A stretch of 64,000 nt of DNA from Candidatus Kerfeldbacteria bacterium. GTDB taxonomy: Bacteria > Patescibacteriota > Patescibacteriia > SBBC01 > CAIJZX01. The notes beneath the pieces were generated by a model. That model had not been told where the DNA came from. It saw nothing but the letters and a program-made list of their open reading frames with translations, and made no database searches. The stretch is taken from NCBI GenBank assembly GCA_963731735.1, contig CAVSWO010000002.1, positions 756,257-820,256 on the forward strand, given 5' to 3'. Below, piece by piece: positions 17,761-28,193 of this stretch. Both the position numbers and the translations under genes were made by a program. Position 1 is the stretch's first letter; every line of letters starts with the position of its first letter.

Positions 17761-18519
17761 ATGAATAATGACAAGTTGCTTGATTTCGGTGTCACAGCCT
17801 ATCGGAATCTTAACGTGCCGGTAGTTCCTGGGTTGTCTGAGTATCTCGACGCGGTTTCGGCGTCCTTCTGTCCCTACATCCGCCCATCAGCTAGGCGTGA
17901 GCAGATAACATTTACCGTTGTCGAATCGTCGCTCACGACGCAGGCCCAGGCGGAAGCACTGGTATTTGCGAGCGGGTTACTCTTAACTGAGCTGTTACGG
18001 CAGAACCGTCGCTCGGTGATAGGGTCAGGACAACGCAGTCTGTTTTGCGAGAACATCATTTTCTCCCTCCCGAACTTGGGCAATGCATTCGGAAAACCGA
18101 TGCTGGCGTGGCCGCACTGGGTCTTGAAGAGCCGCTATACACAGGTCGGTGTGCTATTCGGGAAGTTCTGGAAAGGCGCGATCGAGCATGGGAAAGATGG
18201 CCGACCACTGCCGGTTCCACCATGTCACCTTCTGTCGATCCGTGAAAGCGTTTTGAAGCAGGATCCAAAGTTCTTCGAACAGGCGTCTTGGTTGCGGCCC
18301 GAATTCGAGGCATCGGAAGATTCGGGTCAGGACGTCTTCCACCTTAAGAAAATGAATCTGCAGTTAGCTACTCAGATCGAAGCCTTTTGCCGGTCGTCTG
18401 ATTCATTGTCCTTTCAGCAATTGCTGCGTATACTCATAATGAGTAATATCTACGATCAGCTCAAAGCAAACGCAACCACTGAACTCGAGACTCGTAAAGC
18501 TTTATTAAGAAAAGGATAA
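17761..18519 (+). CDS. hypothetical protein
   Basis: 252 aa. The kinase-like gene follows 7 nt downstream. Confidence 0.5.
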   Translation: MNNDKLLDFGVTAYRNLNVPVVPGLSEYLDAVSASFCPYIRPSARREQITFTVVESSLTTQAQAEALVFASGLLLTELLRQNRRSVIGSGQRSLFCENIIFSLPNLGNAFGKPMLAWPHWVLKSRYTQVGVLFGKFWKGAIEHGKDGRPLPVPPCHLLSIRESVLKQDPKFFEQASWLRPEFEASEDSGQDVFHLKKMNLQLATQIEAFCRSSDSLSFQQLLRILIMSNIYDQLKANATTELETRKALLRKG

Positions 18520-18525
18520 CGTCGA

Positions 18526-19404
18526 ATGAATCTACCAACATCAGTAACTCGGCTGCTCAATGTGTTGCAGCTTGAATACAAGGAAACCGTCGCCGCACGA
18601 CGTGGTAGCCTTGTACTTACTGTGATGCAATCCGGCCAGCGGTGTGTTCTCAAGATTCACATGGAGGATGGCGACCCCTTGTCTGTAGGTAAGGCCGAGT
18701 TGCTGCAGCATGAGGCTACTATACTGGCGCAGATCCCTCATCTTACACGCCAGCTGTATCGGGCTCACGGTACGACAGATGGAATGTACTGGCTATTGAC
18801 GCGTCAGGTTCAAGGGCCTGAGGCGCGCCTTGCTGTTCGTGAAATTCTACATGATCACAACACCAATGATGCACGGAAACACCTGTTGGGAATTCTGACG
18901 ATGATCACCGAATTCTATGACCGGTTATATACGAGCGGGTACTTGCATGGTGACGTGCAACCAGCACATACGTTGCTCGAGGGTAATGCTGTGACGGTCA
19001 TTGACTGGGGTCTCGCGCGTCCTGTCGACAAGCAGCATCCGCTTTACCGAGGCGGGTTCGTCTACTATGTCGCCCCGGAAGTGGCCAAGGACATGCAGAC
19101 CAAGGCCAATCCGGTCAAGTACGGTGCGCAGGCTGAAGTCTATGCGCTGGGAACGACGCTCTTTACGATCGTCACCGGCGAGCTGGCGATCGACTTCGGG
19201 GTGCCGAAACAAGAGCTCCGCGCCACCCCAATGCCACTGAAACTCGAACGAGTCATCAGTAACCATATCCGCTCCTTTTCTGATGTAGGGTCTCTCTCGA
19301 TCCCCGAACTCGAAGATGTGCTTATGCGGGCCATGGCTACGGATCCGGCCAGTCGATTTGCGCATCCATCGGAATTCCATCGGCACCTTCAATCGCTGTT
19401 ATAA
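18526..19404 (+). CDS. protein kinase-like fold protein with a degenerate catalytic loop
   Basis: VLKIH (beta3 Lys), HGDVQPAHT in place of HRDxKxxN, IDWG in place of DFG, YVAPE (APE motif). Confidence 0.55.
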   Translation: MNLPTSVTRLLNVLQLEYKETVAARRGSLVLTVMQSGQRCVLKIHMEDGDPLSVGKAELLQHEATILAQIPHLTRQLYRAHGTTDGMYWLLTRQVQGPEARLAVREILHDHNTNDARKHLLGILTMITEFYDRLYTSGYLHGDVQPAHTLLEGNAVTVIDWGLARPVDKQHPLYRGGFVYYVAPEVAKDMQTKANPVKYGAQAEVYALGTTLFTIVTGELAIDFGVPKQELRATPMPLKLERVISNHIRSFSDVGSLSIPELEDVLMRAMATDPASRFAHPSEFHRHLQSLL

Positions 19405-19449
19405 CGTCAATGATAAACAGGGGCATCGCGAAGGCAATGCCCCTGATTT

Positions 19450-20172
19450 TTATTCAGCCAGGAAGTTATCCCGGATGACCGATGCAATATCGATCGCAGC
19501 CAGGTCGCACCAATCTGGTGCGGTATCGTACTCGTCATTAGTATGGAGATCGACGAATGATGAATTCCGTAATCCATTTCCCACCAGAACGGTCAGGAAC
19601 CCGCAAGCCTTGGCGGTTCGCAAGCTGGACGGAATATCATCAAACATGCAGATCATTTCAGCCGGTACACCGATACGGAGAATTGTTGCATCGTAGACTT
19701 CCCGATGCGGTTTACGGATAAATCCGTGATCCTCGACCGTAAAAACATCGGTGATGACGTCAGTGTATCCCAGCCGCAACAAGCCCCGGGTAACAAATGA
19801 ACGGTTTGAGTTTGAGAGCACGAATAGAGGAATTCGATGTGCTAACTCTTTGAGCGCTTGGTGCAATCCGTGCTTGGGCGTTATCGTACTGATGTCGAGT
19901 CCGTTGTACAGCTCTTCGTAGAATTCGTTCGGATCGATCCCATAGTCCTCCTGCAGTCCGAGAATGCTCGAGCGGTATTCCTTCCGGTAGTGCTCAAGCA
20001 ACTTACGAATTTCGCGGTCAGGTAGATGCAACCTTTTTCGCGCGCAGTAGCGAAAGCGCTCCTTAATCTGTGCCTCAATGCCGGCGCTGGACGGGTAAAG
20101 CGTACCGTCAAAATCGAGCACGCAGGCCTTGATCGGACGATCGGTTCCTTTTGGGATAACGGTGTTGGGCAT
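19450..20172 (-). CDS. HAD-superfamily hydrolase
   Basis: LDFDGTL motif I and MFDD motif IV. Confidence 0.8.
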   Translation of the reverse strand: MPNTVIPKGTDRPIKACVLDFDGTLYPSSAGIEAQIKERFRYCARKRLHLPDREIRKLLEHYRKEYRSSILGLQEDYGIDPNEFYEELYNGLDISTITPKHGLHQALKELAHRIPLFVLSNSNRSFVTRGLLRLGYTDVITDVFTVEDHGFIRKPHREVYDATILRIGVPAEMICMFDDIPSSLRTAKACGFLTVLVGNGLRNSSFVDLHTNDEYDTAPDWCDLAAIDIASVIRDNFLAE

Positions 20173-20490
20173 GGTGTACTCCTCTCCGAAATTAACAAAG
20201 AACGCCGCCGACTGGTTGCCGGGTAGCGTATCGCTTATGCCAATTGCCTAAACCACCTAACCTAAATTTACATCATTTAATGGTACTATGCAAGAAGCGC
20301 CTCGACCCTCAACTATTACCCCCTAAACTAGCCATCCAACCCCAAGTTGCACAATGGGTCGATTTCTGCTATATTCACAGCGTATTTTTTGATACGCCGA
20401 CGTGAATATTTTTACGGCAATCAGTAGCCTGGCTGAGCATCATCGAGTAACCCGCCCCTCCACGAGGAAGGGCGTGATTGTCGTTATTCC

Positions 20491-20622
20491 ATGATCGGCT
20501 GGCTGCTCCTACTCCTCGCGGTGGCCGAATTCGGGCTCGGCCTGTACTTTATTTTCCGCTACCGAGGAAATCAAGCGACGCTGCCACACGACAAGACAAG
20601 TTATATTTTGGTGAAGAAATAA
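20491..20622 (+). pseudogene. orphan N-terminal fragment of a 7TM sensor (GC-rich)
   Basis: The 43-codon MIGWLLLLLAVAEFGLGLYFIFRYRGNQ resembles the N-termini of the 7TM sensor paralogs at 20902, 21746 and 23876. It sits at the left edge of AT island 2. Confidence 0.35.
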
Positions 20623-20644
20623 TGAATCCCGTTAGAGTTGTTGT

Positions 20645-20905
20645 ATGTTTTACACTTAAGTACTTGTCAGTAAGACTAACGGTCGATGGTATACAGGCTT
20701 CACGAACGATTTGCGGAAACGTTTGATGCAACATCACGCTGGAAAATCGCCGTATACCCGCCACCGAGGACCCTATGAACTTATGTATTATGAAGCATGT
20801 ATGAATGAATTTGATGCAAAGGCTCGAGAGCGTTATCTCAAATCTGGAATAGGAAAACGATATCTGAAAAATCGTCTCAAACGTTTCCTAACTCTAACGG
20901 GATGA
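20645..20905 (+). pseudogene. GIY-YIG (COG2827-type) gene with an in-frame TAA at codon 5
   Basis: Reads [26 protein letters not shown]...[18 protein letters not shown]. The TAA sits where the family has Tyr (TAC/TAT). Confidence 0.5.
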
Positions 20906-21573
20906 AAACTCTCCTTCTTACCTTAACGTATCTGGTCGGAGCGGGGGAACTTCTTTTATCCGGATTTTTTTGGAAAACAAATAGCGGAAATACAATACGG
21001 CGAATCATGTCATTTTTCGCTCTTGTTACTGGATTTTGGGTTATTTCAACAGCAGCGGCATCGTATAATACATCGATTTCCGGAATTACGTGGTATCGTT
21101 CCGCACACGTTTTTGGTCCTTTTTTAGTCACCACACTTTTTGTTTTTGCCACTCAATTTCCGGTTAGTACATGGCGACTTGACAAGTTACATTATGTATT
21201 TATCTATGCGCCAGCAACACTGTTTTCTCTAATAATTATGAGTTCGACTGAGTTTTTGGCCGGATTCACTGCGACATCTACAGATTCTGGAAGTTGGTTT
21301 GGAGGATCAATATATTGGCTGTATTCGTTACTGTTATTATGTTTTTATCTGGCCACAGTTATAGTATTAGTTACAAAATACAGAATTGTAGATGGGATAC
21401 ATCGAAAAAATTTGACCATTGTGTTTGTATCCATTGTTCTCGGCGGTTTTCCGGCGATAGTAACAGATGTACTTTTTTCATTATTTACAAATGAAGGACG
21501 ATACGCGATTGTGGGTAGTCTTATGACGGTATTTTGGCTAGGTATTACGAGTTATATAGTATTGAAGAAATGA
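20902..21573 (+). CDS. standalone 7TM sensor-domain membrane protein (paralog 1)
   Basis: 223 aa and polytopic. Its N-terminus is shared with the HK at 23876 and with fragments at 20491 and 21572. Confidence 0.6.
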   Translation: MKTLLLTLTYLVGAGELLLSGFFWKTNSGNTIRRIMSFFALVTGFWVISTAAASYNTSISGITWYRSAHVFGPFLVTTLFVFATQFPVSTWRLDKLHYVFIYAPATLFSLIIMSSTEFLAGFTATSTDSGSWFGGSIYWLYSLLLLCFYLATVIVLVTKYRIVDGIHRKNLTIVFVSIVLGGFPAIVTDVLFSLFTNEGRYAIVGSLMTVFWLGITSYIVLKK

Positions 21574-21767
21574 AAACTCTCCTCCTCACCCTAACCTATC
21601 TCGTGGGCGCAGGAGAACTCATCCTTGCAATTTATTTTTGGGCAACGAATTTGAATAAGTGGCATTTATATAAACCTCAACTGTGGAGCTTTTTCAACAA
21701 AAGTTTGGCTTGGGATAACGATTTATATAATCAAAAGAATGATTTATGTACCCGATTTTTGACATAG
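21572..21767 (+). pseudogene. duplicated N-terminal fragment of the 7TM paralog
   Basis: [17 protein letters not shown] repeats the first 17 aa of the 20902 gene. It runs into the next gene in a different frame. Confidence 0.4.
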
Positions 21768-22414
21768 TTTTCCTATCAGGAGTTGGTCTGGCAGAAATAT
21801 TTCTCGCATTATTTTTTTTCAAAAAATATCAAAAAAACTCGGCTATTACAGCTTTCGGATTCTTTACTCTTTCAATAGGTCTTTGGGTATTTCTTAACGG
21901 GATTGCTTACCTATTTCCTCGAGGAAGTCAAATTATCGATATCGAGGGTAGATTGATTTTTGTGGCAGCGGCATTTATTTTTCCCTTCCTATACATTTTT
22001 TTAAAAAACTTTCCACTCCCAACTTTTGTTTCAAAAATGCAGTGGTTTTGGATATTATTTCCAGCCGCGCTCATTTCTCTTACGGTCTTTTCCAATAATG
22101 TTATTATAGGTTTTGCAACTGATACTTACGCCCTTACACAGTATGGGAGTGACTTTTGGATATACACCATATATTTGGCCTTTATGTTTTCGTTAGTACT
22201 CATCGAATCTTGGCAATCGTATGTACGAAAGGATAGCGCACATACGAGAGTCCTTAAATACGTATTTATTGGTTTGCTTATTTCTGGGACTCTAGGGATG
22301 CTCAATAATTTATTACTACCATATTTGTTGCATGTTAAAGAGTTTAGCTGGCTAGGATCAGGAGCGTCCATTATTTGGTTAGCACTTATGGGCTGGGTTT
22401 TGGTAGGTGATTAA
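21746..22414 (+). CDS. standalone 7TM sensor-domain membrane protein (paralog 2)
   Basis: 222 aa and polytopic. Confidence 0.55.
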   Translation: MYPIFDIVFLSGVGLAEIFLALFFFKKYQKNSAITAFGFFTLSIGLWVFLNGIAYLFPRGSQIIDIEGRLIFVAAAFIFPFLYIFLKNFPLPTFVSKMQWFWILFPAALISLTVFSNNVIIGFATDTYALTQYGSDFWIYTIYLAFMFSLVLIESWQSYVRKDSAHTRVLKYVFIGLLISGTLGMLNNLLLPYLLHVKEFSWLGSGASIIWLALMGWVLVGD

Positions 22415-22654
22415 TGTTATGATCAAAACTCTAATAACTCATTCAGACTATAAGAGATACTTTTGTTTTGCTAAAAATTTCAGATCGGAGGCTACAATTA
22501 TTTTATCAATATTATCCTAAATGTGTTATGCTAACGAAGTATTTACTAAAGTTATATAGTCTTAAGAAGGCGAAATACTTACCTAAATAATACTTAATCA
22601 AACTTAAGAGTATAATTTCAAGACCCAGTAGTAATTTCTGAAGACTAAGCGATT

Positions 22655-23866
22655 ATGGACACTTTTGAAATCATAACAAACAAGGTTAAGTCAGAAGGAC
22701 TTCAACCAGACTTCCATGTGCTTCAATCGGGTGTTAATGAACCCGAGTGTACAATTGAAGGCAAGAAGTACATACTATTTTGCGCAAATAACTATTTAGG
22801 TTTAACTCAAAATCCTAAAGTTAAAAAAGCAGCGATTGAGTCTGTAAAAAAGTATGGAATGGGACCAGGGGGGTCTAGGGTTATTAGTGGTAACGTTGAT
22901 ATTATTGTTGAGCTTGAACAGAAATTATCTGAGCTAACCCAAACGGAGGACAGCATCACATTCCCAACGGGTTACATGGCTAACATTGCTGTTTTTAGTG
23001 CGGTAATGGATCCTGTTTTTGGAAGTATTTTTGGTGACGACGCAATCAACAATCAAGGTGGTGTGATATTTTCTGATGAAGATAACCATGGATCGATCAT
23101 TGATGGGTGTCGACTAAGTTCAGCGAAAAAGGTGGTTTTCAAACATAACAATATTGATGATTTAAATAAAAAAATTAAGTTAAATGATCTTCCAAATAAG
23201 TTAATTGTAACAGAGGGGGTATTTAGTTTAGAAGGCGAAATAAATAATATTCCGAAATATATTGAAGTTGCCAAATCGAATGGTGCAAAATTAATGGTTG
23301 ATGACGCACACGGGGTTGGTATTTTGGGAAAACAAGGAGGGGGTGTTGGAGATCACTTCGACTGTTCAGAAGATATCGATATTTATATGGCTTGCATGGA
23401 CAAAGCCTTAGGTGGTACAGGTGGATTTCTTGCTGGGAAGAAGGCTTTAATAGATTTCCTGCGAATAAGTACAAGATCATCCCTACTATCCTCAGCAATC
23501 ACAACTAGTATGGCTGGAGCAATGATAAAATCAATAGAACTAATAAGTAATGGGAGTAAGTTGCGCGAGCAACTATTTGAAAAATCAGATTATCTTAGAA
23601 GAGCTTTAAAAGAAAATGGTTTTACAATTTTGGGTGACGACAATATTCCCTCCGTTCCCCTCCTCGTTGGGAATGATGCTATTGGGGTTAGATTTGAAAA
23701 AGCCCTTTTTGAGGAAGGGATTTATCTTCCAGTTGTGCGTTGGCCCGCCGTACCATATGGCACTTCCAGATTTAGAATTATTGTGATGGCACAACATGAA
23801 AAAAAACACCTGGATAAACTAGTGGACGCGTGTACCCGCGTAGGCAAAACACTATCTATAATATAA
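22655..23866 (+). CDS. PLP-dependent alpha-oxoamine synthase family (BioF/Kbl/serine palmitoyltransferase-like)
   Basis: NNYLGL, GSRVISG, DEDNHGSIIDG, VDDAHGVG and DKALGGTGGF (Lys) motifs. Confidence 0.75.
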   Translation: MDTFEIITNKVKSEGLQPDFHVLQSGVNEPECTIEGKKYILFCANNYLGLTQNPKVKKAAIESVKKYGMGPGGSRVISGNVDIIVELEQKLSELTQTEDSITFPTGYMANIAVFSAVMDPVFGSIFGDDAINNQGGVIFSDEDNHGSIIDGCRLSSAKKVVFKHNNIDDLNKKIKLNDLPNKLIVTEGVFSLEGEINNIPKYIEVAKSNGAKLMVDDAHGVGILGKQGGGVGDHFDCSEDIDIYMACMDKALGGTGGFLAGKKALIDFLRISTRSSLLSSAITTSMAGAMIKSIELISNGSKLREQLFEKSDYLRRALKENGFTILGDDNIPSVPLLVGNDAIGVRFEKALFEEGIYLPVVRWPAVPYGTSRFRIIVMAQHEKKHLDKLVDACTRVGKTLSII

Positions 23867-23875
23867 ATACCATTT

Positions 23876-26708
23876 ATGCTTAATGCTGGGTATTTAACCC
23901 TATTTGTTGCCGTTGCGAATCTTTTGCTCGGATTTTTCGTTTTATCGCGTGGTAAATCAAAACCATTATACATTTCATTTTTTCTTTTCACTCTTGTCGA
24001 TGCAATTTGGAGCCTTACAAATTTTGTATTCGAATTCTATTCTCAATCAATATTTATATTTAGAAGTCAATACGCAACAGGAGGTTTGACCCTTGTAATG
24101 GCTCTAATATGGATTTATTACCTTATTAGGAAAGACTGGCTTTCAAAGAATGAAATTATTTCAACCACAGTTCTTGGGGTAATAATTTTTTCTATTCCAT
24201 ATCTTGGAGGACTTGTCGTGGACTCGATTTCAAAGTTACCAGATGGTAGCTATGATTTTATACCTGGACCGCTTTTTGATTTTTATAGCGGATTACTACT
24301 TATCATACTTGGCTACCTTTTCTATTTGTTGATTAGGGCTGAAAGAAGAGTGAGAGGGATACAAAAAGTCCAGCTCAGGTATGTTATTGCTGGTGTATCG
24401 ATTTTCGCAGCAGTCGCCATATCTTTTGGATTAATACTGCCCCTATTTGGCTACAGTTCGATAGTGGCATTCGATGCTCAAAGCTCGTTGTTTTGGATCA
24501 TATTAACCACCTATGCCATTCTTCGTCATCGTTTACTCGATATTAAGTTTGTACTGACCAGGTCCATTACTTATGGGATTCTCCTTACTCTCGTAACCTT
24601 ATCTTTTGTATTTATTACATTCATTTCAGGACAATTCTTTGGCAATACAACTATAAGTAGGAATATCATTGCATTTATTATCGCAATACTTATAGTTTTT
24701 GGACTCGATCCCCTGAAGAATTGGCTTTCAAGAATTTCCGATAAAATATTTTTCCAAGCCAAGGTAGACTATCAACAATTACTTCGAGAAGTTTCAGAAA
24801 TTCTTGCATTTGAGATTAGCCGTGATGAATTGATTATTAAAATTCGAGAGAAACTTCAAGAAGGATTGAAGGTTAAATTTTCCGGTATATTATTGCGCAA
24901 TCAATCCAATGGAAAAACACAGAAATTTGAAGCTCTTCAAGATCTCTTACATCAATACCCAAACCTCTCTCTCCAAAACACCAGTCCGCTCGTTCACTTT
25001 CTCCGCGAACACAAACACTACTCAATCGTTGAATCACTCGAACGGAAAATAGAAGATGCAGATGATGGGGAACGCACAGAACTCGAGACCTCGAAAGCCG
25101 AATTCGACCGCTTGGAGGCTTCTTTAGTTACGCCAATTTTTGCTCAAGGGCACCTAATCGCGATTTTAGCCCTGGGTCCAAAACTTTCTGGCGATAGTTT
25201 TTCAAACGATGACATCAACCTAATCGAAGTATTATCGCCGCAAATCGGTTCGGCTATCCAAAAAGCCAACCTGTTTGAAGAAGTCCGGCAGTTTAATATC
25301 AGCCTGCAACTCAAAGTCGACCAAGCCACCGCCCAACTGCGCGAAAAGAACGTCTCGCTTGAAACGCTGCAGCACATTAACAAGGAGATTACTCAAACGC
25401 TCGATTTCGAAAAAGTTGTTCAGCAAATCGCCGACTCGGTCAGCACCGAACTCGGTTACCAAGGCGCGATCTTGGCCTTCCTGGATGATGACGGGAAAAC
25501 GTCACGCGCGCGGGCGATTACTCATACCAAGTTGACGGAAACGGCCCTGAAGCTCTTACCGACGCATTTCAGTGAATATCACAGCGACATCACCGACCCG
25601 AAAACCCATAATTTGAGTGGCAAGGTATACCAGACCGGACAGACGCAAATCACCAACAACTTCGCGCGCGTGGTCTCGCCGCCGTTGCCGAAGCTGCTAG
25701 CCCAGACAATTCAAAAGGTGGTCGGGCATTAAATCAATGGTCTTAATCCCGATTGTATCCGAAGGGAAAACTATCGGCGTGATTGAAATCGGTACCAAGA
25801 AGGATCAAGGAAAACATCACCCAGCAAGAACTGGAAACTATGCAATCGGTGGCGGACGAACTCGGAATCGTGTCCCGAAACTTCAAACTCTTCGGTCAGT
25901 TACAAAAAACCAACCAACAACTCGAAGTTGCCAACGAAAACTTGAAAGAACTCGACCAGCGCCAAGTCCGAATTCGTGTCGATCGCTTCGCACCAATTGC
26001 GGACGCCGATGACCGGCATTATGGGCTACCTGTCGATGATGACCCAGGGCGATTTCGGTAAGATTAAACCCGAGCATCGTCGAAATTCTCCGCAACCTGC
26101 TGTCCGAATCGCAGCGCATGATCCGCCTGATCAACCAATTCCTGAATGTCTCGAAGATTGAGGCCGGCAAGTTTACCTACACTAAGAAACCGGTCCAGAT
26201 TCTGGATTTGATTACCCAGGAAGTTTCAGAGGTCAAAAAAGCGGCGGCCGATAAAGGCCTGAAACTGGTGGTCAAATTGCCGAAGACCCTACCGACGATC
26301 GTAGCCGACGGCGATAAGATTCAAGATGTTATTTTGAACCTGGTCGATAACGCGATTAAATACACGGCCAAAGGCAGCGTGACCGTCAGCGCCAGCCACG
26401 AAGACGGCTTGGTTCACGTGAAAGTCAAAGACTCGGGCGTCGGGATTAAACCGGAAGACGCGCATGAATTGTTCAATAAGTTCGTGCGTGGCAGCGGCAT
26501 CGCCCAGATTCATCCGGACGGATCGGGTTTGGGCCTGTTTATCGCCAAATCGATCATTGACGCCCACGGCGGTCGGATTTGGGTCGAGTCCGACGGCGAA
26601 GGCAAAGGGAGCACCTTTCAGTTCGTGATTCCGATTCAGCCGCCGCCCGGCTTGGAAGAAACGCCGAAGTCGGCGGCCGCCCACGTTGTTTCAACCAAGC
26701 ATACGTAA
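23876..26708 (+). pseudogene. 7TM-GAF-GAF-HisKA-HATPase sensor histidine kinase, interrupted by four frameshifts
   Basis: Protein-like segments continue across frame changes near 25735, 25800, 25960 and 26075. They include VLIPIVSEGKTIGVIEIG, AKSEFVSIASHQLRTP and the HATPase_c G-boxes. GC composition switches mid-gene at ~25250. Confidence 0.55.
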
Positions 26709-26712
26709 ATAG

Positions 26713-26760
26713 GCTCTTTCAAAGAGCGCCGTCGCGACGGCGCTTGACTTTTTTTATTTT
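26713..26760 (+). terminator. double-hairpin rho-independent terminator
   Basis: GCTCTTTcAAAGAGC then GCGCCGTCGCGACGGCGC then TTGACTTTTTTTATTTT. Confidence 0.7.
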
Positions 26761-26864
26761 CGGGACTAAGCCTAACGTAGATCATTGACAACCAAGTCCT
26801 TCTTTCGGCCCATAGATTGCAAGGCGCAATCATGAGTAGAACGGGGGCGTGAAAGGAGTATGCC

Positions 26865-27014
26865 ATGCTTACCGCCAGCGTGCATCCGACCGCCAACATG
26901 CCGCGCGTGTTGGAGAACGTGATGCGTGAAGCTGCCGAACCGCCCGAAGAAGCTCGCGAGTTCGGATGGGATGTGGACTGGGACAACGGCGTGGATCACA
27001 GCCACTCCGACTAG
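26865..27014 (+). CDS. candidate RiPP precursor peptide (49 aa, not in the ORF track)
   Basis: AAAGGAG 6 nt upstream of ATG. Product MLTASVHPTANMPRVLENVMREAAEPPEEAREFGWDVDWDNGVDHSHSD. It lies 72 nt upstream of the radical SAM gene. Confidence 0.45.
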   Translation: MLTASVHPTANMPRVLENVMREAAEPPEEAREFGWDVDWDNGVDHSHSD

Positions 27015-27034
27015 TCCTGTGCTCAGATGTAGTG

Positions 27035-27061
27035 GTGGGGAGGCGTTGATTACCTCCCCAC
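27035..27061 (+). promoter_or_regulatory. attenuator-like hairpin between precursor ORF and maturase
   Basis: GTGGGGAGGcgttgattaCCTCCCCAC, 9-bp stem, no T-tract. The maturase RBS AAGGAGG follows. Confidence 0.45.
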
Positions 27062-27086
27062 ATCTTCTCAAAAAGGAGGTGAAAAA

Positions 27087-28193
27087 GTGCATATTTTCAT
27101 CGTTAAGCCAGTTGGCTGGCGCTGTAATATCCGCTGCCAGTATTGTTTCTATCACGAGTGTCCGTTGGCCCAGGCTGGTGATCAGACGCTCATGACTGAC
27201 GACACGTTGACCCACGTGATTCGCGAAGGGCTCGCAATGAACCCGCGAGTAGCGGAGTTCGACTGGCTCGGCGGTGAGCCACTGCTGGCTGGTCTCGAGT
27301 TCTATCAGCGAGTGGTGGAACTGCAGAGTCAATTCTGCGCTCCTCACCAGCGCATCACCAATCGGGTGCAGACGAATGGAACGCTCCTGGATGACCGCTG
27401 GGTAACATTCTTCGCGAAACACCGGTTTACGGTTGGACTGAGCATGGACGGTCCAGCCGCAATCAATGACCGCTTTCGTTATGACGCAGACGGGCGCGGT
27501 ACCACCGATCAAGTGCTCGTGGCGTTGCGACTGCTCCGGCAGCATAACGTCTACCATGGCGTTATCTGTGTGGTGAATAGCCTCAATGTTCACCACCCTG
27601 ACGAAGTGCTGGAGTTCTTCGTACGTCAGGGTATCAACCGGCTGGCGTTCAACCACGCCAAGGGCCTGTTTCCCGACGGCCGACCGCTACCGACCACAGT
27701 CGATCCAGATGACTACGCGCGATTCATGTGCCGACTGTTCGATCGCTGGCTAGAGAAGGACGATCCGAACCTGGTCATCCGCCAATTCAAGAGCATTCTT
27801 CACTCGCTCATGGGTGGCCGGTACCGAATGTGCGTCCTGAGCAATCAATGCCACACCTTGTTTGGCATCGAAAGTGACGGGACGGTCTATCCCTGCGAAG
27901 ATCATCCTGGTGAGGGCTGGCAGTCGTTCGGTAATGTTCGTGACGGCGCGGCGCGGCTCCTGGCGCATCCGAACCGACTGACTTTCAAACAGAAAGTTGA
28001 TGATGCCAAGCGGGCCTGTCAATCGTGTCGGTGGTGGAACATCTGCCAGGGTGGGTGTCCCCGCGATTACTACTTCGGGGTCGCTTCCATGGGGCGCCAC
28101 AACCGTATGTGCAAGGCATACAGAACGCTCTTTGAGCACATCGTGTCCAGGATTAAGCCCTACCTGGAAACGACAGCAAGGCCGGAATCGTAG
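27087..28193 (+). CDS. radical SAM/SPASM-domain enzyme (anSME-like peptide-modifying maturase)
   Basis: CNIRCQYCFY (CX3CX2C). The C-terminal SPASM cysteines (YPCEDH, CQSCRWWNICQGGCPRD, MCKAY) are present. Confidence 0.85.
   Translation: MHIFIVKPVGWRCNIRCQYCFYHECPLAQAGDQTLMTDDTLTHVIREGLAMNPRVAEFDWLGGEPLLAGLEFYQRVVELQSQFCAPHQRITNRVQTNGTLLDDRWVTFFAKHRFTVGLSMDGPAAINDRFRYDADGRGTTDQVLVALRLLRQHNVYHGVICVVNSLNVHHPDEVLEFFVRQGINRLAFNHAKGLFPDGRPLPTTVDPDDYARFMCRLFDRWLEKDDPNLVIRQFKSILHSLMGGRYRMCVLSNQCHTLFGIESDGTVYPCEDHPGEGWQSFGNVRDGAARLLAHPNRLTFKQKVDDAKRACQSCRWWNICQGGCPRDYYFGVASMGRHNRMCKAYRTLFEHIVSRIKPYLETTARPES

Larger units (their letters stand above)
20600..25250 (+). mobile_element. AT-rich island 2
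   Basis: Abrupt GC drop at ~20600 and recovery at ~25250, in the middle of the histidine kinase ORF. It contains a GIY-YIG remnant, 7TM paralogs and an alpha-oxoamine synthase. Confidence 0.4.

Noticed and set aside
26772-27656. 294-codon ORF on the - strand
   Set aside because: It is antisense to the precursor ORF and the radical SAM gene, which has unmistakable CX3CX2C/SPASM motifs on the + strand.
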